From Nitrososphaera sp. (GTDB lineage: Archaea > Thermoproteota > EX4484-205 > JAAOZO01): 64,000 nucleotides of DNA. The translations under genes were made by a program, and so were the position numbers. The DNA lies in contig JBAMLO010000053.1 of assembly GCA_039793485.1 (NCBI GenBank), positions 12,948-76,947 of the forward strand, in the 5' to 3' direction. Of the stretch, positions 18,408-26,001 are shown in pieces. Below the pieces are notes generated by a model. The model did not search any database and was not told the origin of the DNA. It was given only the letters and a program-made list of their open reading frames with translations. Numbering within the stretch: the first letter of the stretch is position 1; each line of letters opens with the position of its first letter.

Positions 18408-20151
18408 CTTTTTGAACTATTATTCCAGTTGCATCTTTTATTCCTTTTGGTACTTGGCCTGGTGTAACAACTAAGAACAAAGTATTAGGATGTTTTTTTG
18501 CCTCCTCTTCTATTAGTCCAAAGAATGTCTCCCTTGTTTTTGGATCCATGTGAACATCAAACTCGTCAAGTGCTCTAATTGGCGACTTTATTAAACTTTG
18601 AAGGGAAAGAATGAAAGCTACAACAGAAGCACTTCTTTCTCCCCCACTTTGAGTGTAGTAGTTGAGTTCAGTGAGGGGTGCCCCTCCGAAACTAACAAGT
18701 ATTTGAATACCTGCCTGGTCTAAATCTTCAATGTTTATCAGCCTTACTTCTCCAACAGCATTAATTCTTGCCATTCTTTCCTTAAAGTTTCTGTCTATTT
18801 CTTCAACAATTTCCTCCATTTTTTTCTTCCACCTGTTTGTAAGCTCTTTAATCTCTTCTTCAACCTTTTCTTTTTCTATCTTTATTTTTGTTGCCTTCTC
18901 TTTTATGTCTTCGTATGTCTTTTTATAACTATTGTATATTTCTTCAGCATTTTCCACAACCGTACCCAAGCTGTTTAGTTCAATTCTAACTTTTTCTATC
19001 TCCTCTTTAATCTCTTCCTCGTTTCTAATTTCTTGAGGTTTAGGCCCTTTCTTCCTAGCTTCTTCTTCAATTTTATCTAATTCTTCTTTTAGCTTCGTAA
19101 TTTTTTCTTCTAACTTACTTTTTTCTTTGCTCATAACTTTTCGCACTTTTCTGACTATTGCTCTTCTTACCCTCAACTTTATGTAGTCTTTCAAATCATG
19201 TCTTAACTGGGTAGCGTAGATATTTCTTTTCGTGTTATCGTTTTCCCTCACCAATTCTTCAATAGTATCATTTATTTTTTGGGACTTCTCCTTCAGTTGC
19301 GTTGAGTATTTACTTAAGAGCACTTCAATCTCTTTCAACTTCTTCTCAATGCTTTCTCGTTTCTTTTCGCTTTCTTCTATAACATGATTTGTTTCCTCCC
19401 TCTTACACCATAGGAGTTCAATCTCTAGCTCTTCTAGCCTAAGTTTAAGAGAATCTCTTCTTGTTAGTTTGTCTACTTCTTCTTTCCACTTGTTTAATGT
19501 TCTTTCAGCTTCTGAAAGCAACGTCGTTACAACTTTTTCTTCTCCTGCAGTACTCTGTAACTTGCTCTTTGCATCGTTTATTTTTTCTCTAAAACTTATT
19601 AAACCAAGAGCTCTCTCAATTGATTGAAGCTTTTCTTGCGGGCTCATTCTCGCTATTTGTTCAATCATATACTGCTGCATTATGATTAGTATATTGTCGG
19701 GGTCGATTCCAAACGAGTTAAGAATTTCTTGAACCTCCATCTTAGTTACCGGTTTAAAATTAATTTGGTGCCAATATTCTCCGTCTTTTCTTATGTACCT
19801 AGTTATAATTAATTCATCGCTTCTTATTCTTTGACTTGGCCTTTTTCCATTAATCGGTCTGTTATCAAACACTAAAGTTACTCGTGCTATTTCTTCTCCC
19901 CATCTTATTAGGTCGCTAAGCTTTCTGCTTCTTTCAGTGTGTGCTTGTCCAAGGGCAACAGATAGGGCAAGAAGCAATGAAGATTTTCCTGCTCCATTTG
20001 GTCCCAAGATTAGGTTTAATCCCGGATTTAACTGAATCCTAGCATACTTATAAGCCATAAAATTTTCAAGTATCATCTCCTTTAAAAGAAGCGCAGGTTC
20101 TTGAGTATTTTCTAAGTTTTTTTGATTCTTCTGCATAACTACCAATTGCAT
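18376..20151 (-). CDS. Short SMC-family ATPase, ClsN/Arcadin-4 (SMC5/6-related) type
   Basis: ENFMAY, GPNGAGKSS, Q-loop IMQQ, about 330 aa coiled-coil region, QSGGERS signature, Walker B RALDEFDVHMD; 591 aa. Confidence 0.88.
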   Translation of the reverse strand: MQLVVMQKNQKNLENTQEPALLLKEMILENFMAYKYARIQLNPGLNLILGPNGAGKSSLLLALSVALGQAHTERSRKLSDLIRWGEEIARVTLVFDNRPINGKRPSQRIRSDELIITRYIRKDGEYWHQINFKPVTKMEVQEILNSFGIDPDNILIIMQQYMIEQIARMSPQEKLQSIERALGLISFREKINDAKSKLQSTAGEEKVVTTLLSEAERTLNKWKEEVDKLTRRDSLKLRLEELEIELLWCKREETNHVIEESEKKRESIEKKLKEIEVLLSKYSTQLKEKSQKINDTIEELVRENDNTKRNIYATQLRHDLKDYIKLRVRRAIVRKVRKVMSKEKSKLEEKITKLKEELDKIEEEARKKGPKPQEIRNEEEIKEEIEKVRIELNSLGTVVENAEEIYNSYKKTYEDIKEKATKIKIEKEKVEEEIKELTNRWKKKMEEIVEEIDRNFKERMARINAVGEVRLINIEDLDQAGIQILVSFGGAPLTELNYYTQSGGERSASVVAFILSLQSLIKSPIRALDEFDVHMDPKTRETFFGLIEEEAKKHPNTLFLVVTPGQVPKGIKDATGIIVQKVGREAVVTIA

Positions 20152-20223
20152 GTGTTTTCCTAAAGGAGATAAAAATATATTTTTATGAGGCTTAAAACAA
20201 GGTAATGGAAAAGGTGATAAGAA

Positions 20224-20901
20224 CTGGTTCTCGCGGGGAAAGTCTTTAAAGTCGTTGAAAAGATTCCATTTGATGTTTTGGTTGAAAAACTAAGCAACTA
20301 TAGGCAAGAGGATCATATAGAAGAATTTAACCTTTCTTTATTAACAGAAGTAAAAGATTTAAATGTTAAAGGAGATAAGGTCTTTGGCGAACTTTACAAA
20401 GACGTTATGGTAAGGCTGTTTCAAAGGGGAACTCTTCAAGTTTCCTACAAAACGATAAAAGTTCCTTTCATGTTTAAAATTAAAAATAATTCTCTTTTCT
20501 TAGTCGTTGCAGAAAAGAAACAAGTTGCAAATTCAGTTGCTAATCTTTTTTCAAATATACTTTTTCTAACAATTGGAGGAATAGTTAACGCTGAGATTCC
20601 TCCGGAAGCTCTTGCGAGATACCAAAGACAAAATTCAAGCTCAACAAAAGTAATCTTCTTTGATAACCTAAACCTTCCAAATCTTGAAAAAATTTCCTTG
20701 TATGGTCCTTCGTTGGCTGATACTAACTTATACGCTGACTATATGCAAAGGGGAAAAATATGGTACACTGTGCTAACTTCAGCAAAAAATAATTACGTTG
20801 TTGGGATTACAAGAGACTCTGTTGTAACTATCTTCAATAAGGTTAGTGTTGAAGATTTGTTCGCGTTTGTGGAAGAAGAAGTCTTGCAATTGATATCTTA
20901 G
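20224..20901 (+). CDS. Conserved archaeal hypothetical protein (probable CTG start)
   Basis: ORF track gives 20278-20901. The frame is open back to CTG at 20224, bounded by TAA at 20218-20220 and preceded by an AAGGTGA SD-like motif. Confidence 0.75.
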   Translation: MVLAGKVFKVVEKIPFDVLVEKLSNYRQEDHIEEFNLSLLTEVKDLNVKGDKVFGELYKDVMVRLFQRGTLQVSYKTIKVPFMFKIKNNSLFLVVAEKKQVANSVANLFSNILFLTIGGIVNAEIPPEALARYQRQNSSSTKVIFFDNLNLPNLEKISLYGPSLADTNLYADYMQRGKIWYTVLTSAKNNYVVGITRDSVVTIFNKVSVEDLFAFVEEEVLQLIS

Positions 20902-20905
20902 TAGT

Positions 20906-21502
20906 TCAAAACAGTCTTCCCTGTTTCTCCCTTAATGCTCTTAGCTCTTCTTCACCTATTACTCCAAGTTCATAAGCTTTCGCAATAAGTTCTTCAAGGG
21001 AAAATAGGCTAAAAAACTTTACATTCATTTGAGTTAACTTGTTGCTTCCCCCTATTCCTTTGTCTAATATTACAGCATAAACGTAAGGTTGTCCTCCTTC
21101 AAGCATAACTCTTTTTACTATCTTATTTGCTTTGTTACCAGTTGCTATAACGTCATCAACTATCATAACTTTTGCTCCAGGTTCGAAGGAACCAAAGATC
21201 TCATTTTCCGAAGCTATTACAAGCGGTCTTTTAAGGAGCTGAGAAACGATCGTAGCAAGAGGAGTTCCAGTATAGCCTGCACCACACACGGCATTTACTT
21301 CTTTACGTTCCTCGAAGTCTTCTAAAATTAATTCTCCAATGGCTCTCAATAGTTCTGGGGTCTTCCATAATCTAGTTAGGTCTAAGTAGTATGGTGTAAC
21401 ATTTCCTTCGGAATCTTCAAACATTCCAAACCGTAACACGTCTGACCTTGCTATCTCTTTTAGGACTATGCCTCTTTTATTCATATACTCCAACCTCTCC
21501 AA
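20906..21502 (-). CDS. Orotate phosphoribosyltransferase-like protein (PyrE fold, catalytic loop missing)
   Basis: TPYYLDL, PRPP-binding VMIVDDVIATG, AVILDK; lacks the RKxxKxHG flexible loop. Confidence 0.75.
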   Translation of the reverse strand: MERLEYMNKRGIVLKEIARSDVLRFGMFEDSEGNVTPYYLDLTRLWKTPELLRAIGELILEDFEERKEVNAVCGAGYTGTPLATIVSQLLKRPLVIASENEIFGSFEPGAKVMIVDDVIATGNKANKIVKRVMLEGGQPYVYAVILDKGIGGSNKLTQMNVKFFSLFSLEELIAKAYELGVIGEEELRALREKQGRLF

Positions 21503-22301
21503 TTTTCTTTATGTCTATTCTAACGTCCGGTCTCTTTTTCTTCATCTCGTTTTCAAATCTTTTGAACTCTGTTCCGTGGAAAGGTATAACTAGCTTTGGC
21601 ATAACTCTTAGAGCTATTTCAACTCCAACTTTATAGTTTATTCCAGGATCTAGGCCTATGGGCACAAATGCAATGTCTGGCTTCTCATTAATGCCTATTT
21701 TTCTCATATCTTCGTTTGGCATAGAGTCGCTTGCATGATACACTTTTATTCCATTCTCAAAAACAATTAAGTAAGTAAGTGGAGATGTTGCGGAAGGATG
21801 GTTGCTCTCAAAAGCTCTAACCGTAATCATCTCATGGTTGAACTCATCCCCAGGCTTTAAAACCTTTAAATTTCCCTTTGGAACAATATGTTTAACAAGC
21901 ATAGCTGAAGCTGTATTACATACTACAAGTGGCCCTTCTTCAGCATTTTCAATTTCCCTTTCTTTTTCAATTTCTCTTTTTTCAGTGTCAGCTGTCTGTT
22001 CAGTTTGGTTTATTATCTCCATTATTTTACTTTCTTCAGAAAATGTCTCTTTTGGTTTTTTGTAACTCTTAATAATTCTAGAAACCGCGTTTTCATCTAA
22101 GTGACGCTTATGTTCGTGTGTTATAAGAATTAAATCTATGTTTACTAACTTACTTTCGTCAATTTCTTCCAGAGTTGGGTCAACTACTACTGTATACATT
22201 GGAGACCTCAAAATCACGCCCGAATACTTGTTTATTAGGGCGTACAGTAGCTGGTTTCTTTTCAATGGAATTTCTTGCATTCTCTTTTCTTTCAACCTCA
22301 C
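21477..22301 (-). CDS. Metallo-beta-lactamase fold protein (UlaG-like) with variant motif
   Basis: VVVDP, LITHEHKRH, NHP, YHASDS, DIAFVPIG, VIPFHG. Confidence 0.8.
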   Translation of the reverse strand: MRLKEKRMQEIPLKRNQLLYALINKYSGVILRSPMYTVVVDPTLEEIDESKLVNIDLILITHEHKRHLDENAVSRIIKSYKKPKETFSEESKIMEIINQTEQTADTEKREIEKEREIENAEEGPLVVCNTASAMLVKHIVPKGNLKVLKPGDEFNHEMITVRAFESNHPSATSPLTYLIVFENGIKVYHASDSMPNEDMRKIGINEKPDIAFVPIGLDPGINYKVGVEIALRVMPKLVIPFHGTEFKRFENEMKKKRPDVRIDIKKIGEVGVYE

Positions 22302-22352
22302 TGTTGACTGTAGTTAAGCTTAAAAACTTAAAGGTTTTGTCTTCCAGAGACA

Positions 22353-23381
22353 ATGCCCGAAGTCCCAATCCCCTACTCCGATACTAAAGTTTACCTTTCT
22401 TTTTCTTTGGAAGAAGTTGAGTTCATAAAGGAGACAAAATTAAGAGAAATTTTAAACGAAGCTAGTAATCATTTTTCTCAGTTTACTTCTGAAAATACCC
22501 TTTTGTTTGACGAACTGTTCCTGCTTTTAATGAACAAAACTCAAGGTTCCTCCTTTAACTCAAATTTTTTTGTTTTAAGTCCATATGAGAAAAAAAGAGC
22601 TCATTCTATTTCAGAGCTAACTCAAATACAAGGCTTGCGTCTAGACGCTTTAGATGAAAGAATAAAAGAACCCAAGGTAATCATTTTTTCTACTATTTTT
22701 TGGTTTAATGACATGCTGAGATTGTTTGGAAAATTTGCTTGGAACTTCGACAAATCTGGCTTTTTCTCTGTATTGGATGCTGTAATAAAAGATAACTTCA
22801 GTAGTAGTTCGCTAGCTAACTTCATTAGCTTCATGAATGACTTTTTCGAAGAAGTACTACAGCCAAGTACGATTGTTCTTCTAGGTGGTGGTGAGAGCTT
22901 AATTAAAGAGTTTACGTCTCCAAGAGATTTTAAGAATTGGCTGCAGACAACTAACAAGGACTCTTTTAAGACCGAAGGTACGAATTCTTTGATATTCTCT
23001 TTAGGTGGTTACCCTTTTGACCTTCTGCCGAGTTACTATTTAATAGGTGTAAATGAACTATTGTCACGATTTAAAGATAAGATCGTTGGAATTCTTGCAT
23101 TTTGGAACGGAATTCATGAGGAAATAACGCTTCTCTCAAATACGGAAAGCAACTTCGCCACCGATGAGTGGAATTGGCTAAAGCTTAACTTGTACTTTCT
23201 TAACAAAAGCAAAAAAGGCAATCTAAGCTCAAGATTTTTTACTTCAGTTCCTCAGGCAATTATGAATAAGTTATTGCCGTGCAGAACTTTCTTTTCTTCA
23301 AAACTTTTTCTTGATTCAATGAGAAGAGGTGCTGGATTCAAAATGAGAGCAAACGTTTACAAAGATGCATTACTCACTTAA
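22353..23381 (+). CDS. Hypothetical protein, remotely LarA (lactate racemase)-like
   Basis: N-terminus MPEVPIPYSDTKV and internal SLGGYPFDL recall LarA (IPYG...; SxGGYPxD). The ORF is real-looking (ATG, divergent promoter); the family call is weak. Confidence 0.4.
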   Translation: MPEVPIPYSDTKVYLSFSLEEVEFIKETKLREILNEASNHFSQFTSENTLLFDELFLLLMNKTQGSSFNSNFFVLSPYEKKRAHSISELTQIQGLRLDALDERIKEPKVIIFSTIFWFNDMLRLFGKFAWNFDKSGFFSVLDAVIKDNFSSSSLANFISFMNDFFEEVLQPSTIVLLGGGESLIKEFTSPRDFKNWLQTTNKDSFKTEGTNSLIFSLGGYPFDLLPSYYLIGVNELLSRFKDKIVGILAFWNGIHEEITLLSNTESNFATDEWNWLKLNLYFLNKSKKGNLSSRFFTSVPQAIMNKLLPCRTFFSSKLFLDSMRRGAGFKMRANVYKDALLT

Positions 23382-23408
23382 AATTTATGATGAAGTTTTC
23401 AAATTATT

Positions 23409-24497
23409 CTAAAATGTTAGTGGAATTATCGTAGCTGACAGCAAAAACATCGCTAATCCTATAATTGCTTTTATCTTTGTTGCCGTAGAAACTTCGCTCA
23501 CGTCATCCAGCGGCCCAGGATGGCCTTCAAACTTCCATGTAAGTGCCACAAATAATGCCATCAACCAAAATCCCATTAGAGCATAAACTACTAATGAAAT
23601 TATTGTTAAAATTTTATGTCCCTTTTCCCCGAATACTGCTCTTGCCATGTGCCCCCCATCCAGTTGAGCTGCTGGAAACATGTTTATGAAGGTAACTAAA
23701 AAAGCCAGCCATACCGGGAACCCAAGCAAGCCCATAATAAGAGTGTAGCCACTTCCAACTGGCTTGAGAAGACGAGCAACTACGTCAACTATGGGTTGCA
23801 TTTCAATGAAACCTGAAGTCTGAAGCAAAGATCGAAAATCTTCAATTCTAATCGGGACTGCTTCCTTAACCGCAAAAACAGTAATGGCAGTCGCGGATAT
23901 GAAACCGAAGAAGGGTCCAGAAAATCCAATATCAAATAGCTCGTCTCTGTTTCTAGGTATGCCCTCTTGAAATATTACAGCACCGAAAGTTGGTATTAGG
24001 CCAGGTATGCCGGGAATGAAAAATGGCCCTCTAGTGGGTATGCCGTATAAAGTTGCCATTACCTTGTGTCCAATTTCATGTAAGCCAAATATTAGTAAAA
24101 AAGCAAGAGTATATTCTGAAAAGTCAATTAAGAATGAGCTCTGTCTTCCAATTAGTTTGTTAAGAACTACTATTCCGTTATATCTCTGTAAGAAATCTAA
24201 GCTAACAGTTAAAATAGTTGCAAGTAAAAGTATCATCATCATCTTTGAATCGCTTCTTCTTTTAGGAGTTGTCGATTCTACTATGGAAATTGCAACTTTC
24301 CCATCCTTTCTTTTTCTCATAAAAGGCAGCCTGTTTTCTGTTTTTAGTTCATTGCAAAGCTTTATGAAGTTCTCTTTGTTTTCTTTTTTATCTTTAACTA
24401 TAAAGCTTATGTAATAAGGATTTAACTCAACATTTTCTATTTCAAAGTTGTATTTTCTCATTATAGTTTCAAGCTGGCTAACTACATTGCTTTCCAT
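23409..24497 (-). CDS. Site-2 protease (M50 family intramembrane metalloprotease)
   Basis: HEIGH zinc motif, GPFFG, NMFPAAQLDGGH; multiple TM segments. Confidence 0.93.
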   Translation of the reverse strand: MESNVVSQLETIMRKYNFEIENVELNPYYISFIVKDKKENKENFIKLCNELKTENRLPFMRKRKDGKVAISIVESTTPKRRSDSKMMMILLLATILTVSLDFLQRYNGIVVLNKLIGRQSSFLIDFSEYTLAFLLIFGLHEIGHKVMATLYGIPTRGPFFIPGIPGLIPTFGAVIFQEGIPRNRDELFDIGFSGPFFGFISATAITVFAVKEAVPIRIEDFRSLLQTSGFIEMQPIVDVVARLLKPVGSGYTLIMGLLGFPVWLAFLVTFINMFPAAQLDGGHMARAVFGEKGHKILTIISLVVYALMGFWLMALFVALTWKFEGHPGPLDDVSEVSTATKIKAIIGLAMFLLSATIIPLTF

Positions 24498-24620
24498 CCT
24501 TTTACTGTAACCTCGTAATTACTTTCCTGTTCTCAATGGTATTAAAGTTTTATCGCAAGCTTCACCCTACTTTTGAAAAAGTTTATTTTCTTGATAATCG
24601 GGAAGTGTGCTGACGAAAAG

Positions 24621-25100
24621 ATGGAGGTCTTATACGTTATCAGAAGAGCAAAGCTTGAAGATATGGAAAAGGTAATGGAAATTAACAAAAAAGAACTTCC
24701 TGAGAACTACTCCTCAGATTTCTTTTATGAAATGCTAAGCAACTATGGCGATTTCTTCTTCGTTGCTGAGCTAAAAGGGGACATAGTGGGTTATGTCATG
24801 AGCAGAGTGGAAACAAGTTTCTCCTTTTCTTCCTCTCCGCCATTCTTCCTAAGAGGTCATGTAGTAAGTCTAGCTGTAAGCTCCAGCTTTAGAAGAATGA
24901 AAATAGGATCTTCTCTAATGCAAACCACTCATGAGGAAATGAAAAAACACGGCATAAGAGAAGTTTATCTTGAAGTAAGAGTCGATAATGCTCCCGCGAT
25001 CTCTCTTTACAAAAAATTAGGTTATTCAATAGTTAAGAGAATACCCTACTACTATGCGGATGGCACTGACGCATACATGATGTCCATGAAACTTTTTTAG
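24621..25100 (+). CDS. ard1: N-terminal acetyltransferase Ard1/RimI family (GNAT)
   Basis: LPENY, GHVVSLAV...RRMKIG, YLEVRVDNAPAISLYKKLGY, YYADGTDAY; start placed at ATG 24621. Confidence 0.88.
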   Translation: MEVLYVIRRAKLEDMEKVMEINKKELPENYSSDFFYEMLSNYGDFFFVAELKGDIVGYVMSRVETSFSFSSSPPFFLRGHVVSLAVSSSFRRMKIGSSLMQTTHEEMKKHGIREVYLEVRVDNAPAISLYKKLGYSIVKRIPYYYADGTDAYMMSMKLF

Positions 25101-25290
25101 TCTTTTTTGTTGTGAAAGCATTAAAAAGTTTTTTAGGAACTTTACTCAAGCTAGGGTAGCGTTTGTTTTGTTTAACTTATTCACTAAATTATCGCAAACT
25201 AAGAGAGCATAAAAAGAGGAACCAGAAACAAAAATACGTTAACCTTGTTGGTTAAGTTATCTCGTTGCAAACAAGCAAGAAAAAGTAGTT

Positions 25291-25319
25291 AAAAATAAAA
25301 TTCTTGTTTGCGGCAAGAA
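25291..25319 (-). terminator. Hairpin plus T-tract downstream of alba
   Basis: TTCTTG/CAAGAA stem (25301-25319) followed on the minus strand by TTTTATTTTT. Confidence 0.45.
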
Positions 25320-25326
25320 CGTCTTC

Positions 25327-25638
25327 TTAGCTTTTAGTTACTGTGATCTCTATTGTTGATACGTTCCTTGGCTTAAGCCCTTCTTGCTTTGGTGGAAGCA
25401 GTTCAGTTCCTATCTTAATGTCCTTTATTTTTAAGGCTTCTTGTAGGAATCTCCCTTTTAATATTTCAACTACATCTACAGCCTTTGAAATAGCTCTTCC
25501 TCTCGCTCTAATCATTACTTCGCTGCTGTTGTTTATTTGCATTAGTGCTGCAACTGCGTATACGAGGGCCGACTTCTTTCCTACGAATATTACGTTAGAA
25601 GGTGCTCTTGTTGCTTCTGGTTTTGTAGTCTCAGACAT
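25327..25638 (-). CDS. albA: DNA/RNA-binding protein Alba
   Basis: IFVGKK, IRARGRAISKAVDV, RNVSTIEI. Confidence 0.96.
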   Translation of the reverse strand: MSETTKPEATRAPSNVIFVGKKSALVYAVAALMQINNSSEVMIRARGRAISKAVDVVEILKGRFLQEALKIKDIKIGTELLPPKQEGLKPRNVSTIEITVTKS

Positions 25639-25707
25639 GTTCCTTGTTACACCTCTTCAGCGCCTTTCTTCTTGTAGCACAAGGTTTTAAACTTTTCCCG
25701 CATAGCT

Positions 25708-26001
25708 TTAGCTTATAAGCTCCTTAATCGGTAAGTCTATATAGCTACCATCAGGAAAAGTTCTCCTGATTGAAATTGGTAACACTCCAAGATTTAACTC
25801 CTGCTCTGCTATCTTCAGAGCATCCCACTCTGTTTCTTCCACAGACACCAGAGGTGGCGCTCCTAAGTTTAGTTGTAACGCTCGTATTCCGATGATTCTT
25901 GCCCTTTCAAACCTAGTGAGCCTCTTAGGGAATTTTGAAAAATCTTCTTCAGATGTCAATATTGCTCCTACTACTTTAAGCTTGTTCTCTCCTATGCTCA
26001 A
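25708..26001 (-). CDS. rpo6: RNA polymerase subunit Rpo6 (K)
   Basis: LTRFERARIIGIRALQL..GAP and LPISIRR; TTG start overlapping the thermosome TGA. Confidence 0.95.
   Translation of the reverse strand: MSIGENKLKVVGAILTSEEDFSKFPKRLTRFERARIIGIRALQLNLGAPPLVSVEETEWDALKIAEQELNLGVLPISIRRTFPDGSYIDLPIKELIS

Noticed and set aside
18376-20151. Rad50/SbcC or Wadjet (JetC/MksB) interpretation of the short SMC
   Set aside because: No CxxC zinc hook and no adjacent mre11/nurA/herA; no JetD/MksG Toprim nuclease nearby; motifs are SMC5/6-like.
23387-23438. ATGATGA...CTGA spaced like a C/D-box sRNA
   Set aside because: Internal C'/D' boxes are poor, the guides are 14-15 nt and very AT-rich, and I recognised no rRNA/tRNA target; likely chance.
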